From Candidatus Latescibacterota bacterium (GTDB lineage Bacteria; Latescibacterota; UBA2968): a stretch of 64,000 nt of DNA. The DNA lies in the NCBI GenBank assembly GCA_965207885.1, contig OZ242311.1, positions 4,800,001-4,864,000 of the forward strand, written 5' to 3'. A program made the translations under genes and the position numbers. Below the pieces are notes generated by a model that made no database searches, had not been told where the DNA came from, and saw only the letters and a list, made by a program, of their open reading frames with translations. This document shows positions 28,744-37,375 of this stretch, piece after piece; within the stretch, counting starts at the first letter, position 1, and the number at the start of each line of letters is the position of its first letter.

Positions 28744-29604
28744 GTGATTGTTTTGACTACATCGGCTAAAAGTTTTTCCAAAGATGCATTGCATCACTAT
28801 CTCGAAGATGTGGCTTCGTCTCAACCTCTATCTTCCGAAGAGGAAGTTGCGCTCGCTGTTCGCATTCGCAAAGGCGATCAGGAAGCACGGGCAAAACTCA
28901 TTGAAGCCAATCTGCGCTTTGTGATTACAGTTGCCTACGAATATCAAAATCAGGGCGTTCCGCTCGTGGATCTCATCAGCGCGGGGAACGTCGGTTTGAT
29001 CACGGCGGCAGAGCGTTTTGACGAGACGAGAGGGTTTAAGTTTATCTCTTATGCTGTTTGGTGGATTCGCCAATCTATTTTGCAAACCCTGGCGGAACAC
29101 GCCAGGGTCGTGCGCCTTCCGCTCAATCGCGTGGAATTGCTCAGACGCATATCTCGCTGTAGAAGTAGCCGGCAGCAAGAGACTTCGACGCGCACTGCGG
29201 AAGAAGAAATTGCCGAAGAATTGGATATTCCGGTAGAGCAGGTTACGGATATTCTCACCAGCGGACAGCGCACCTTGTCTCTCGATACGTCTCTTGGCGA
29301 TGGGGAAAATAGCCTTCTTGAGATGATGCCCGACAATTCTCAAGAGTCGCCCGACGCAATGGCATTGAGAAATACCCTCAAAGCTGAAATCTCAAGTGCT
29401 TTGAGCACCCTTGATGAGCGCGAGCAAAAAGTGATCCGACTCTATTTTGGATTGGGCGGCGGTGCGGAGATGACGCTCGAAGAAATTGGCAAGCAATTTC
29501 GCCTGACGCGCGAACGGATTCGGCAAATTAAAGAAAAAGCACTTCGAAAGTTGCGCCATCCCACGCGAGGGCGAAAGCTGATGCCCTATGCGGAAGATAC
29601 CTGA
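28744..29604 (+). CDS. RNA polymerase sigma factor, RpoD/SigA family lacking region 1.1
   Basis: ANLRFV, DLI..GN.GL, FKFISYAVWWIRQ and TRERIRQI motifs. The start may be TTG 28753. Confidence 0.93.
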   Translation: MIVLTTSAKSFSKDALHHYLEDVASSQPLSSEEEVALAVRIRKGDQEARAKLIEANLRFVITVAYEYQNQGVPLVDLISAGNVGLITAAERFDETRGFKFISYAVWWIRQSILQTLAEHARVVRLPLNRVELLRRISRCRSSRQQETSTRTAEEEIAEELDIPVEQVTDILTSGQRTLSLDTSLGDGENSLLEMMPDNSQESPDAMALRNTLKAEISSALSTLDEREQKVIRLYFGLGGGAEMTLEEIGKQFRLTRERIRQIKEKALRKLRHPTRGRKLMPYAEDT

Positions 29605-29613
29605 ACTGAAACG

Positions 29614-30966
29614 CTAATCTCTCAATTTTTCCACCCATTCTCGAAATCGCTCACCGCGCTCTTCAAAATTGCGAAACTGGTCGTAACTCGCCGATGCTGG
29701 CGATAGCAATACCACATCGCCAGCTTGTGCGAGATCCGTTGCACAGCCCATCGCTTCTTCCAAATTTTCTACGCAGTGAATACTGGTTTTCCCTTTTGCA
29801 GTTGCCGCAATCGCATCCCCGGTTTCGCCCATCACAATCAGATGTGCGACTTTTTCCGCTATCGCCACTTCCAAATCGTCAAATGCAATTCCCTTATCGT
29901 AGCCACCAGCGATCAGCACGATCGGTTTGTCAAATGCCATGAGCGCTGTCCGCGTGCGGTCGGGACTCGTGGCTATTGAATCGTTCACATAGAGAACGCC
30001 GTTGACTTTTGCTACTTGCTCCAATCTGTGCGGTACCCCCTGAAATGTCTGCAAGACCTCGGCGATGTTTTCTTCAGATACGCCGCTTATGACTGCTGCA
30101 CCCGTAGCCGCCAGTGCGTTGGCGAGGTTGTGCCGACCACGCAAGGATATGGTATCGACAGAGCAGACGGTTCGCGTATCGCCACTGATGGCATATTGAA
30201 TTTTTCCTTCGCGGACAAATACATCCCCTTCGCCTTCAACGGCGAATACCACCCTCTGCCCGGCGCCCGTCCAACGAGATACTTCGGCATCTTCTCCGTT
30301 GACAATCGTCCAGTCGCCTTTTGTCTGGTGCATGACGATTTGTTGCTTGGCTTTTCGATACGCTTGTAGAGATCCGTGAACGTCGATGTGATTTGGCGCG
30401 AAGTTGGTTGTGACAGCGATGTGGGGGCTCCACGGCAGATCTCCCAATCGGTCGAGTTGAAAGCTCGATAATTCCAGTACGATGGGTACATCGGCGTGTA
30501 GCAGGTCCAACTCATCGAGTAACGATCCCCCAATATTGCCGCCGATTTGCGTGCGTTTGTCTTTTTGTTTGAGCATTTCTCCTATGAGCGCAGTTGTCGT
30601 GGTTTTGCCACTGCTGCCCGTTATGCCGATTATGGGCGCGGGACAGCGTTCGACAAATAGGCAGATTTCCGATGTGATGGGTACGCCCGCAGATTCTGCG
30701 ACTTTCAAGTATCGCGATGACCGGGGTACCGCGGGATTGGCGACAATTAAATCTGTTTTTTGAAAATCCGTTTCTTCATGTCCCCCCAGTTTAAAGGCGA
30801 TGGGTAATCCATTCAGGGCGCGTACTGAAGCGCGCAGGTCTTTTTCAGGGCGCAAGTCCGTCACTGTCACCACCGCGCCTTTGCGTACCAAAAAACGCAC
30901 CGCTCCCACGCCCCCGCCAAATAATCCCAATCCCATTACTGTGACGCGCTGGCCTTTTAGGTTCAC
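29614..30966 (-). CDS. murD: UDP-N-acetylmuramoyl-L-alanine--D-glutamate ligase
   Basis: GITGSSGKTTT, ELSSFQL, NDSIAT and LSPASAS.DQF motifs. GTG start at 30966. Confidence 0.92.
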   Translation of the reverse strand: MNLKGQRVTVMGLGLFGGGVGAVRFLVRKGAVVTVTDLRPEKDLRASVRALNGLPIAFKLGGHEETDFQKTDLIVANPAVPRSSRYLKVAESAGVPITSEICLFVERCPAPIIGITGSSGKTTTTALIGEMLKQKDKRTQIGGNIGGSLLDELDLLHADVPIVLELSSFQLDRLGDLPWSPHIAVTTNFAPNHIDVHGSLQAYRKAKQQIVMHQTKGDWTIVNGEDAEVSRWTGAGQRVVFAVEGEGDVFVREGKIQYAISGDTRTVCSVDTISLRGRHNLANALAATGAAVISGVSEENIAEVLQTFQGVPHRLEQVAKVNGVLYVNDSIATSPDRTRTALMAFDKPIVLIAGGYDKGIAFDDLEVAIAEKVAHLIVMGETGDAIAATAKGKTSIHCVENLEEAMGCATDLAQAGDVVLLSPASASYDQFRNFEERGERFREWVEKLRD

Positions 30967-30986
30967 GGGAAGTCTCCAGGTGAGGG

Positions 30987-31973
30987 CTATTCCTCTAACA
31001 ATTGATCGATGAGATCGACCGGGGTGATGCCTTCGGCTTCGGCGTTGAAATTCGTGACGAGGCGATGGCGCAAGACGGGTTTGGCGACAAAAGAGACGTC
31101 GTCTATAGAGGGTGCAAAGCGTCCGCTGAGTACGGCGCGCGCTTTGGCGCCCAGGATGAGGCATTGGGAGGCGCGCGGGCCGGCGCCCCATCTGAGCATG
31201 TTGCCGATGGATGTGTCTGCATTTTGAGGGCGGGTTTTGCGGACGAGATCCACTGCGTGATCTACGATGTGATCGGCTACTGGAACTTTGCGGATGAGTT
31301 GCTGGAGGTTGCGAATTTGTTCGGCGTTGATTACGGGCTGTACGTCGTGGGTTTGGGCACCTGTGGTGGCTTTGACAATGGCGCGTTCTTCTTCTTGGGT
31401 GGGATAATCGATCCACAGGTTAAATATGAAGCGGTCGAGTTGGGCTTCGGGCAGGGGATAGGTGCCTTCTTGTTCGATGGGATTTTGAGTGGCTAAGACA
31501 AAGAACGGTTCTTCGAGGCGAAAGGTTCCTCCCCCGGCGGTAACTTCGTGTTCTTGCATGGCCTGCAATAAGGCTGCCTGGGTTTTGGGCGGGGTGCGGT
31601 TGATTTCATCGGCCAGGATGATGTTGGCAAATAAGGGACCTTTGACAAAGCGAAATGCTTTGTGTCCGGTGGTCTGGTCTTCTTCGAGGAGTTCTGTGCC
31701 CGTGATGTCTGAAGGCATGAGGTCGGGTGTAAATTGGATGCGGCTAAAAGACAGGTCAAGGGCGCGCGCGAGGGTGCTGATGAGGAGTGTTTTGGCAAGG
31801 CCGGGCACGCCTACGAGCAAACAATGGCCCCCGCAGAGGAGGGCGATGAGTAGTTGATCGACGATTTCCCGCTGTCCAATAATGACTTTGCCAATTTCGG
31901 CGACGATCTGGTCATACGCGGTTTTTAATTGTTCAACTGCCTGGAGGTCTTCGTGAGGCGATGCTTCGGGCAT
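30987..31973 (-). CDS. MoxR family AAA+ ATPase
   Basis: GVPGLAKT, RIQFTPDLMPSD, DEINR and NPIEQEGTY motifs. ATG at 31973. Confidence 0.93.
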   Translation of the reverse strand: MPEASPHEDLQAVEQLKTAYDQIVAEIGKVIIGQREIVDQLLIALLCGGHCLLVGVPGLAKTLLISTLARALDLSFSRIQFTPDLMPSDITGTELLEEDQTTGHKAFRFVKGPLFANIILADEINRTPPKTQAALLQAMQEHEVTAGGGTFRLEEPFFVLATQNPIEQEGTYPLPEAQLDRFIFNLWIDYPTQEEERAIVKATTGAQTHDVQPVINAEQIRNLQQLIRKVPVADHIVDHAVDLVRKTRPQNADTSIGNMLRWGAGPRASQCLILGAKARAVLSGRFAPSIDDVSFVAKPVLRHRLVTNFNAEAEGITPVDLIDQLLEE

Positions 31974-31986
31974 TTTGTTTCCTTTC

Positions 31987-33321
31987 TCAGGTTTTGCGTT
32001 TTTCTTTTTTCGCCGCCGGGAAGAGAATATTGTTGAGGATGAGGCGATAGCCAGGCGAATTTTTGTGCAGTGCGAGTTGCGTGGGCGGGTCGTTGACAAA
32101 GTGTTGATAGTCTTCCGGATCGTGTCCCGCATAAAATGTGAATGTGCCCTTCCCGATGTTGCCGTGGATGTATTTGACGTGGTCGGTGCCGGGTATGTCG
32201 CCCATAATGGTGACGGATTTTTTGATGCGATTTTTGCGAAAGGCCGTTGTTTGGCCCAAAAAGCCGGGGACGATGGGTGTGTGGTTTTGCGTGAGCATAG
32301 TGGGCACGGGATCGTATTTTGCCGAGAATTCAAATAGTGAAAAGGCGTCGATATCGGCATTTTTGATCTGGCTCATTTCAATGGGCGACAGGTCGATGTC
32401 GCCGTGTTCGTATTCGAGGGGGTCCATAACGAGGTTGAAGTTTTCAAAGGCTACTGTGCGTGAAAAATCGAGTTTTTGACGCGCCTGTGGGTCTGCGGGG
32501 TCGCCGTCGTAAACGCTATCGACGATGTCGATTCCTCGCGCGGCAAGGGCAATGTCAAATGTATCGGTGGCCGAGCACATGGCAAAGAGAAATCCGCCCT
32601 GTGCGACGTAGTTGTAAATGGCCTGTGCAACCGCGCCTTTGAGGTGGGAGACTTTGGCAAAACCCAATTTGCCAGCGAGGGCTTTGAATCCGGCCTGTTG
32701 TTGGCGGTACCAGAGGGTGTGGCCGTGGCTGCGATAAAATTTGCCGTATTGTCCTGTGAAGTCTTCGTGGTGCAGGTGCAGCCAGTCGAAGTTTTCGAGT
32801 TTGCCGCTGAGGACTTCTTCGTCCCACAGGGTGGTGTAGGGTATTTCCGCGTATGTGAGGGCCAGTGTGACGGCGTCGTCCCAGGGCTGTTTGTTCGGGG
32901 GGGTATAGACGGCGATGCGAGGAGCTTTTTCAAGGCGCATGCGGTTCATGTTGCCGGATTCAATATCGGCGTAGATGCGCGTGGCCTGCGCGGCTGAGAT
33001 GGCCTGGAATGAGACGGCGCGGATGCGGGCTTCGCGCGCGATGGTTTCGTGGTTGTCGATGAGGAAGGAGCCGCCGCGGTAGTTGAGCAACCATTCGACG
33101 GGATGGCCTTGCTGCAATGCCCAATACGCAATGCCGTAGGCTTTGAGGTGATCTGTTTGCGATACGTCCATGGGGATGAGTATTTTGCCGACGTTCGCGC
33201 TGCCACCACCAATCGCCGCTGTGCAGGGAGATGATGTTGCGAGAATAAGGGCGAGAAGTGTGAAGTAAGAAGTAAGAAGTATGAAATGGGTATGTCTTGC
33301 ATTTTGCCGCTGTATTTTCAT
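31987..33321 (-). CDS. Conserved secreted protein with a glutamine amidotransferase-like domain (often annotated 'asparagine synthetase B' in FCB genomes)
   Basis: ILIPMD..Q..HLKAYG, WLHLHHEDFTGQYGKF and FAMCSATD motifs; hydrophobic N-terminus. The ATG lies inside the 23-bp repeat. Confidence 0.7.
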   Translation of the reverse strand: MKIQRQNARHTHFILLTSYFTLLALILATSSPCTAAIGGGSANVGKILIPMDVSQTDHLKAYGIAYWALQQGHPVEWLLNYRGGSFLIDNHETIAREARIRAVSFQAISAAQATRIYADIESGNMNRMRLEKAPRIAVYTPPNKQPWDDAVTLALTYAEIPYTTLWDEEVLSGKLENFDWLHLHHEDFTGQYGKFYRSHGHTLWYRQQQAGFKALAGKLGFAKVSHLKGAVAQAIYNYVAQGGFLFAMCSATDTFDIALAARGIDIVDSVYDGDPADPQARQKLDFSRTVAFENFNLVMDPLEYEHGDIDLSPIEMSQIKNADIDAFSLFEFSAKYDPVPTMLTQNHTPIVPGFLGQTTAFRKNRIKKSVTIMGDIPGTDHVKYIHGNIGKGTFTFYAGHDPEDYQHFVNDPPTQLALHKNSPGYRLILNNILFPAAKKEKRKT

Positions 33322-33340
33322 CCCGCTTCCTTTGTTTTTT
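33318..33340. repeat. Left 23-bp direct repeat (att/target duplication)
   Basis: TCATCCCGCTTCCTTTGTTTTTT, identical to 46827-46849. Confidence 0.9.
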
Positions 33341-33499
33341 GGTTCTTCCTGAGATGATAGTAATAGCACTTGTCATTGCGGCAGGGTTTTAGCCGCCACG
33401 CGCAAGCACAACGCCAGTAATCCAGAAGGTTTTGATCCACTGGCTGCTGGGAACAGTACAGGAGTTGTTCCCTACGGTGATATTGTTAATCTGGTATTT

Positions 33500-33525
33500 G
33501 TAGGGGCGACCCCCTGTGGTCGCCC
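33500..33525 (+). repeat. GTAG-type REP palindrome
   Basis: GTAG-GGGCGACC-ccctgt-GGTCGCCC; a partial opposite-orientation copy ends near 33475. Confidence 0.65.
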
Positions 33526-33546
33526 GCTGACTATAATTTGGGATAA

Positions 33547-33993
33547 TTAGATATTTCCCAGCAACTGCCTCGCATCAACACCCACATGTTCTTCCAATAA
33601 TTCCCGAAATGCCGCCAGTACTGCCAGAGATTTACTACGGTCTTCAGAGCTTTCAGAATAGAACAAATCCCTAACTTGAGAAAGAGGGAGTTCGAGAAAT
33701 GGAGAGCAAGGTTGAGCGAGTTTTGCCTGGACGTAGTTTTCTGCCAGATGCCGCAACCGAGCATCTACGCCCATGATAGGCTTCCGATGCCCATCTTCAA
33801 TATTTTGAACGATCTTATCCAGTTTTTGAAAAAAAGCTATAAGAATCGCTGTCGCCTGTTCAGCAGCTTCTTTTCTATTTGTATCAAGATACCCCTTTTC
33901 AGTCAATTTACGGTGAATAGACAGGGTATTGATCGCGGATAGGAGTTCCTGGCTTTGTTGGAAACTCTGAATAGCCAGCCAATGTGTACTCAT
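33547..33993 (-). CDS. Hypothetical helical protein
   Basis: 148-aa ORF with AAGG RBS; no recognised motif. Confidence 0.6.
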   Translation of the reverse strand: MSTHWLAIQSFQQSQELLSAINTLSIHRKLTEKGYLDTNRKEAAEQATAILIAFFQKLDKIVQNIEDGHRKPIMGVDARLRHLAENYVQAKLAQPCSPFLELPLSQVRDLFYSESSEDRSKSLAVLAAFRELLEEHVGVDARQLLGNI

Positions 33994-34101
33994 CAGGTTT
34001 TACCTTCTAAAATACATTTCACAAAGATGGTTTGGTAAACAGTTTTTCGCCTTTTCTATACCCGGTTCTGCACTGGTAGTATGTGGTATAATGCTTTGAG
34101 G

Positions 34102-35310
34102 TCATGCAGGAATATTGAAGACGAGCACGGTGAGTATGATTTCCCTGTTTGCATCATCGCGGTGGCTGAGTATGTACCGAAAACCAGTCTCTGAGTCATA
34201 GTCCCTATTCGTTTTGTAGTTAGGATGGTCTTTAACTGCTTCGGGTATCCTCTTGAGGACGGTGGACATCTCGGCGTCTCGATTGAACACGAGAAGGGCG
34301 ATCTTCGTATCCCTCCAGGTAGAGTAATTCAGCAACTGATCGATGGATTTTCTGAATGCCTTTGGACCTTTCCAAAATTTGCATTCAGCGATGAATATGT
34401 TTTTACCCCCTACGCGGATTAGGATGTCAGTCTTGCCATCGAAGTTAAAGGTTTCGGCTGTGGCCTGTCCCTCATAGTGACCATTGAGCTGTACGAGAAA
34501 GTGTTGCCGCAGGTCCTCCTCTTTCATGTCTTTGAAAGCCTTAGGACTGCGCTCAATGACCATGACCATGTCTGAAACGATTGATAGGATATGTTCATAC
34601 TCTTGCATATCCAGTGCGGGTTCGGGTTTGTAGGGTGCCATGGAGGCTGGCGGAAGTTTCGGAGTGATAACCCGTTTCACTTGCGACGCAATATAGGTAA
34701 TGGGTGTATCGTTCCTGCGCCGGAGTGGGAAACCTATATTCTCCACCAGATCTCTATCCCTGAGTATTTTCTCACGTCTGGCTTTGATTCCTTCAGACGC
34801 CGTTTCACGAATTGACGAGTTGAATGATGTAACATCCCCCTCAACCCATTTCAGGTAATTTTTTAAATTCGCCAGTTCCGACTTGAACTCACTCTCAATT
34901 TGCGCGGCTTCAGAGGTTGTCCGCTCGTATATCATCTCAATCTCGCTGTCTCCCACGTCTGCGCGTGGCGGGTTGAAGTTAAAGTGCGATGGCTGTAGCT
35001 CGAATAGACTTGGATCGCCCGTGAATGGTATGTAAAACGTGATACTGGTTCCCGTTACAGATTGAGTACGTCCGTAATCCCATCTATAGCTTACGTCGAT
35101 CTCAGCATCGTCGTAATCTGCTTGGATTTGCAATTCATCAATTTGAAGTGCTTCTACTTTGTATTTTTCGATAAAGTAGTTACACAGGTCTTCTTCTGAA
35201 GTATTGAGTATCCGGTTTTCATCGAGTGAATTAATCTCATCACGCATCTTTTGCCCTTGAGTGCGGAGGGCATCGCTAAGATATCCCCCATTGAATAGTA
35301 AGTCTGTCAC
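34102..35310 (-). CDS. Hypothetical protein with a C-terminal PD-(D/E)XK-like nuclease motif
   Basis: EEDLR...E...GKTDILI...IAECKFW. GTG start with GGAGG RBS. Confidence 0.65.
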   Translation of the reverse strand: MTDLLFNGGYLSDALRTQGQKMRDEINSLDENRILNTSEEDLCNYFIEKYKVEALQIDELQIQADYDDAEIDVSYRWDYGRTQSVTGTSITFYIPFTGDPSLFELQPSHFNFNPPRADVGDSEIEMIYERTTSEAAQIESEFKSELANLKNYLKWVEGDVTSFNSSIRETASEGIKARREKILRDRDLVENIGFPLRRRNDTPITYIASQVKRVITPKLPPASMAPYKPEPALDMQEYEHILSIVSDMVMVIERSPKAFKDMKEEDLRQHFLVQLNGHYEGQATAETFNFDGKTDILIRVGGKNIFIAECKFWKGPKAFRKSIDQLLNYSTWRDTKIALLVFNRDAEMSTVLKRIPEAVKDHPNYKTNRDYDSETGFRYILSHRDDANREIILTVLVFNIPA

Positions 35311-35479
35311 TGTTTCAGTACCTCCGTTTGCATCTATTGGTTATTTTTTTCAGTAATACTTATCCAGTTCTTATAGGATATTAGAGGTATATAATTTTTT
35401 AATGATGCACAAATATACCAAAGGAGCAGTTTAACACTCAAAAGAAATTTAATATTTCGAATATTTTTTGCCCTTGTCT

Positions 35480-36472
35480 CTACAAAAATTTTTCACCGGC
35501 ATGATCTGTGAACGAATCGGCATCGCGGATGTATTTCATTACAGTTGAGGGATTTGTGTGTCTGGTGATTTCCATTATTTTATCTAAGCGAGCATTGTGA
35601 CAAGCCGCGCTGGTAACAAAACCAGCCCTTAATGAATGTCCTGATATTTCCTTCTCATCTAAGCCACTTAATTTCGCATAATGTTTAACTAAGCGGGGAA
35701 TATCCGAATGGTGCATTGGTTTGCCTCGCAGTGTGCCCCCACGCCTCATTGTCTGAAATACAGGACCATCAGTAATTCCCGATGCTTCCAGCCAATCTTG
35801 CAGCCTTTGTATAGGCTTTAAGTACTTGCCTCCTGGTATAGCGATCTTATGCCCTTTCCCTTCTTGATCTGTCTTTGACTTGCGAATATAGAGAAACATT
35901 TTTTTTCTACCATCTGGGGATGGTATGATTTCAATATCATCTGTTGTAAGTCCGCATATCTCTGATCGCCTAAGTGCACCAGCGAATCCAATAGCAATGA
36001 TTGCGGCGTCCCGTAGGCAGATTAATTTTTTCCCTACCTGATTTGCCGTCAGGTCACATATGTTCAGCATTTTTTTGATATGATATTCTCTTAACGCCTT
36101 GACCTGGCGGCAGGCTGAGCCTCTAAGCCGCGCAAGACCTTTCACAACAGCATTGACATTAGGATGGTTAGTAGGGGATGGGATTCCTAATTCAACATAT
36201 TTCCTATTGATTGCGCTCCGATATAAAACTACTGTACCCATAGAAAGTATTTTTCCACTTGCCGGTCTGGGACGTGTCGCCAGTTCAATCATAAAATTAG
36301 CAATGTCTTTTGGTGTGGCGGATAAAGAGCAGATGTTTTGCGAATCACAATAATCGCTAAAACAAGACCAACCTTTGTCATAGGCGATACGGGTATTGTC
36401 CGCTAAAGCGGATGAAACCACCTCGCTATAAAAGTCTATTTTGATTGCATTAGCCTGAGAAGATGATGTCAT
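35480..36472 (-). CDS. Cre-like tyrosine recombinase
   Basis: LRRSE (R), KSKTDQ (K), SGHSLRAG (HxxR) and H...VMKY (H, Y); N-terminal SAM-like domain. Confidence 0.92.
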   Translation of the reverse strand: MTSSSQANAIKIDFYSEVVSSALADNTRIAYDKGWSCFSDYCDSQNICSLSATPKDIANFMIELATRPRPASGKILSMGTVVLYRSAINRKYVELGIPSPTNHPNVNAVVKGLARLRGSACRQVKALREYHIKKMLNICDLTANQVGKKLICLRDAAIIAIGFAGALRRSEICGLTTDDIEIIPSPDGRKKMFLYIRKSKTDQEGKGHKIAIPGGKYLKPIQRLQDWLEASGITDGPVFQTMRRGGTLRGKPMHHSDIPRLVKHYAKLSGLDEKEISGHSLRAGFVTSAACHNARLDKIMEITRHTNPSTVMKYIRDADSFTDHAGEKFL

Positions 36473-36533
36473 TTTGAACTCCTGAGAATTGATTTGGATT
36501 GTACTAAATTGTTGAAACTATAAATATAAATAG

Positions 36534-37310
36534 TCAGAGATAAAAAATATTATCAAGGAGTTATCTATTAACTACGGAATTAAGACTCGTTACAATGAGG
36601 CTTTTATCATTGATAATCAGACTAAGGAGAGATTAATTATCCAAGATTCTAAATCTGCTGAAATCATTAGGCCAGTATTGCGAGGAAGGGATATTAGCCG
36701 TTACAAGGCTAACTGGGCGGGATTGTGGTTGATTGACACTCATAACGGATACGGTGATATTTCCGCTGTTGATATTGACGACTACCCGGCCATCAAAAGC
36801 CATCTGGACATATTCTACCCAAAACTGGAAAAACGCTACGATAAAGGCAGAACACCTTACAATCTCCGTAATTGCGCTTACCATGCAGAGTTCAAAAAAG
36901 AAAAATTGGTGTGGATTGAACTGGTCGAAAATGGGCGCTTTGCCTATGACCACAGCGGGATATACTGTGAAGCCACATCCTTTATAATGACCGGCGATTG
37001 CATCAAATATCTCTGCGTCTTGCTGAATGCAAAGTTAATACGCTGGTTTCTTCAGAAGACAGCACCAACATCGGGTATGGGAACTTTACGCTGGAAAAAA
37101 GCTTATGTTGAAACAATTCCCGTCCCCCAATTATCAGCGAGAGAGCAGTACCTGTTTATTGAACTAATGGAGCATATCCTGACGGCTAAAGCGACTGATC
37201 TGAATGCCGATATATCAGCTACTGAATCCGAGATTGACCTGCGGGTTTACGAATTGTATGGACTGACGGCGACAGAGATCTCCGCAGTGGAAGATCAGCC
37301 TTTACTATAG
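36534..37310 (+). pseudogene. Silent alternative C-terminal specificity (TaqI-C-like TRD) cassette
   Basis: Frame is open from 36534 with no ATG start at its 5' end. Begins KELSINYGIKTRYNEAFIIDNQTKE...IIRPVLRGRDI, paralogous to the C-terminal part of 37376-41116, in inverted orientation. Confidence 0.8.
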
Positions 37311-37375
37311 ACAATCAACGTGGCAACTCACAAAGCTATGTTTTTGCGCTATTTAGAATTTGATTTACTCAGGAT

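Noticed and set aside
29614-32360. Long N-terminal extensions of MurD (600 aa) and MoxR (457 aa) in the ORF track
   Set aside because: They are off-frame read-through over upstream genes; the real starts are 30966 and 31973. The same applies to folB and the Gfo/Idh/MocA gene.
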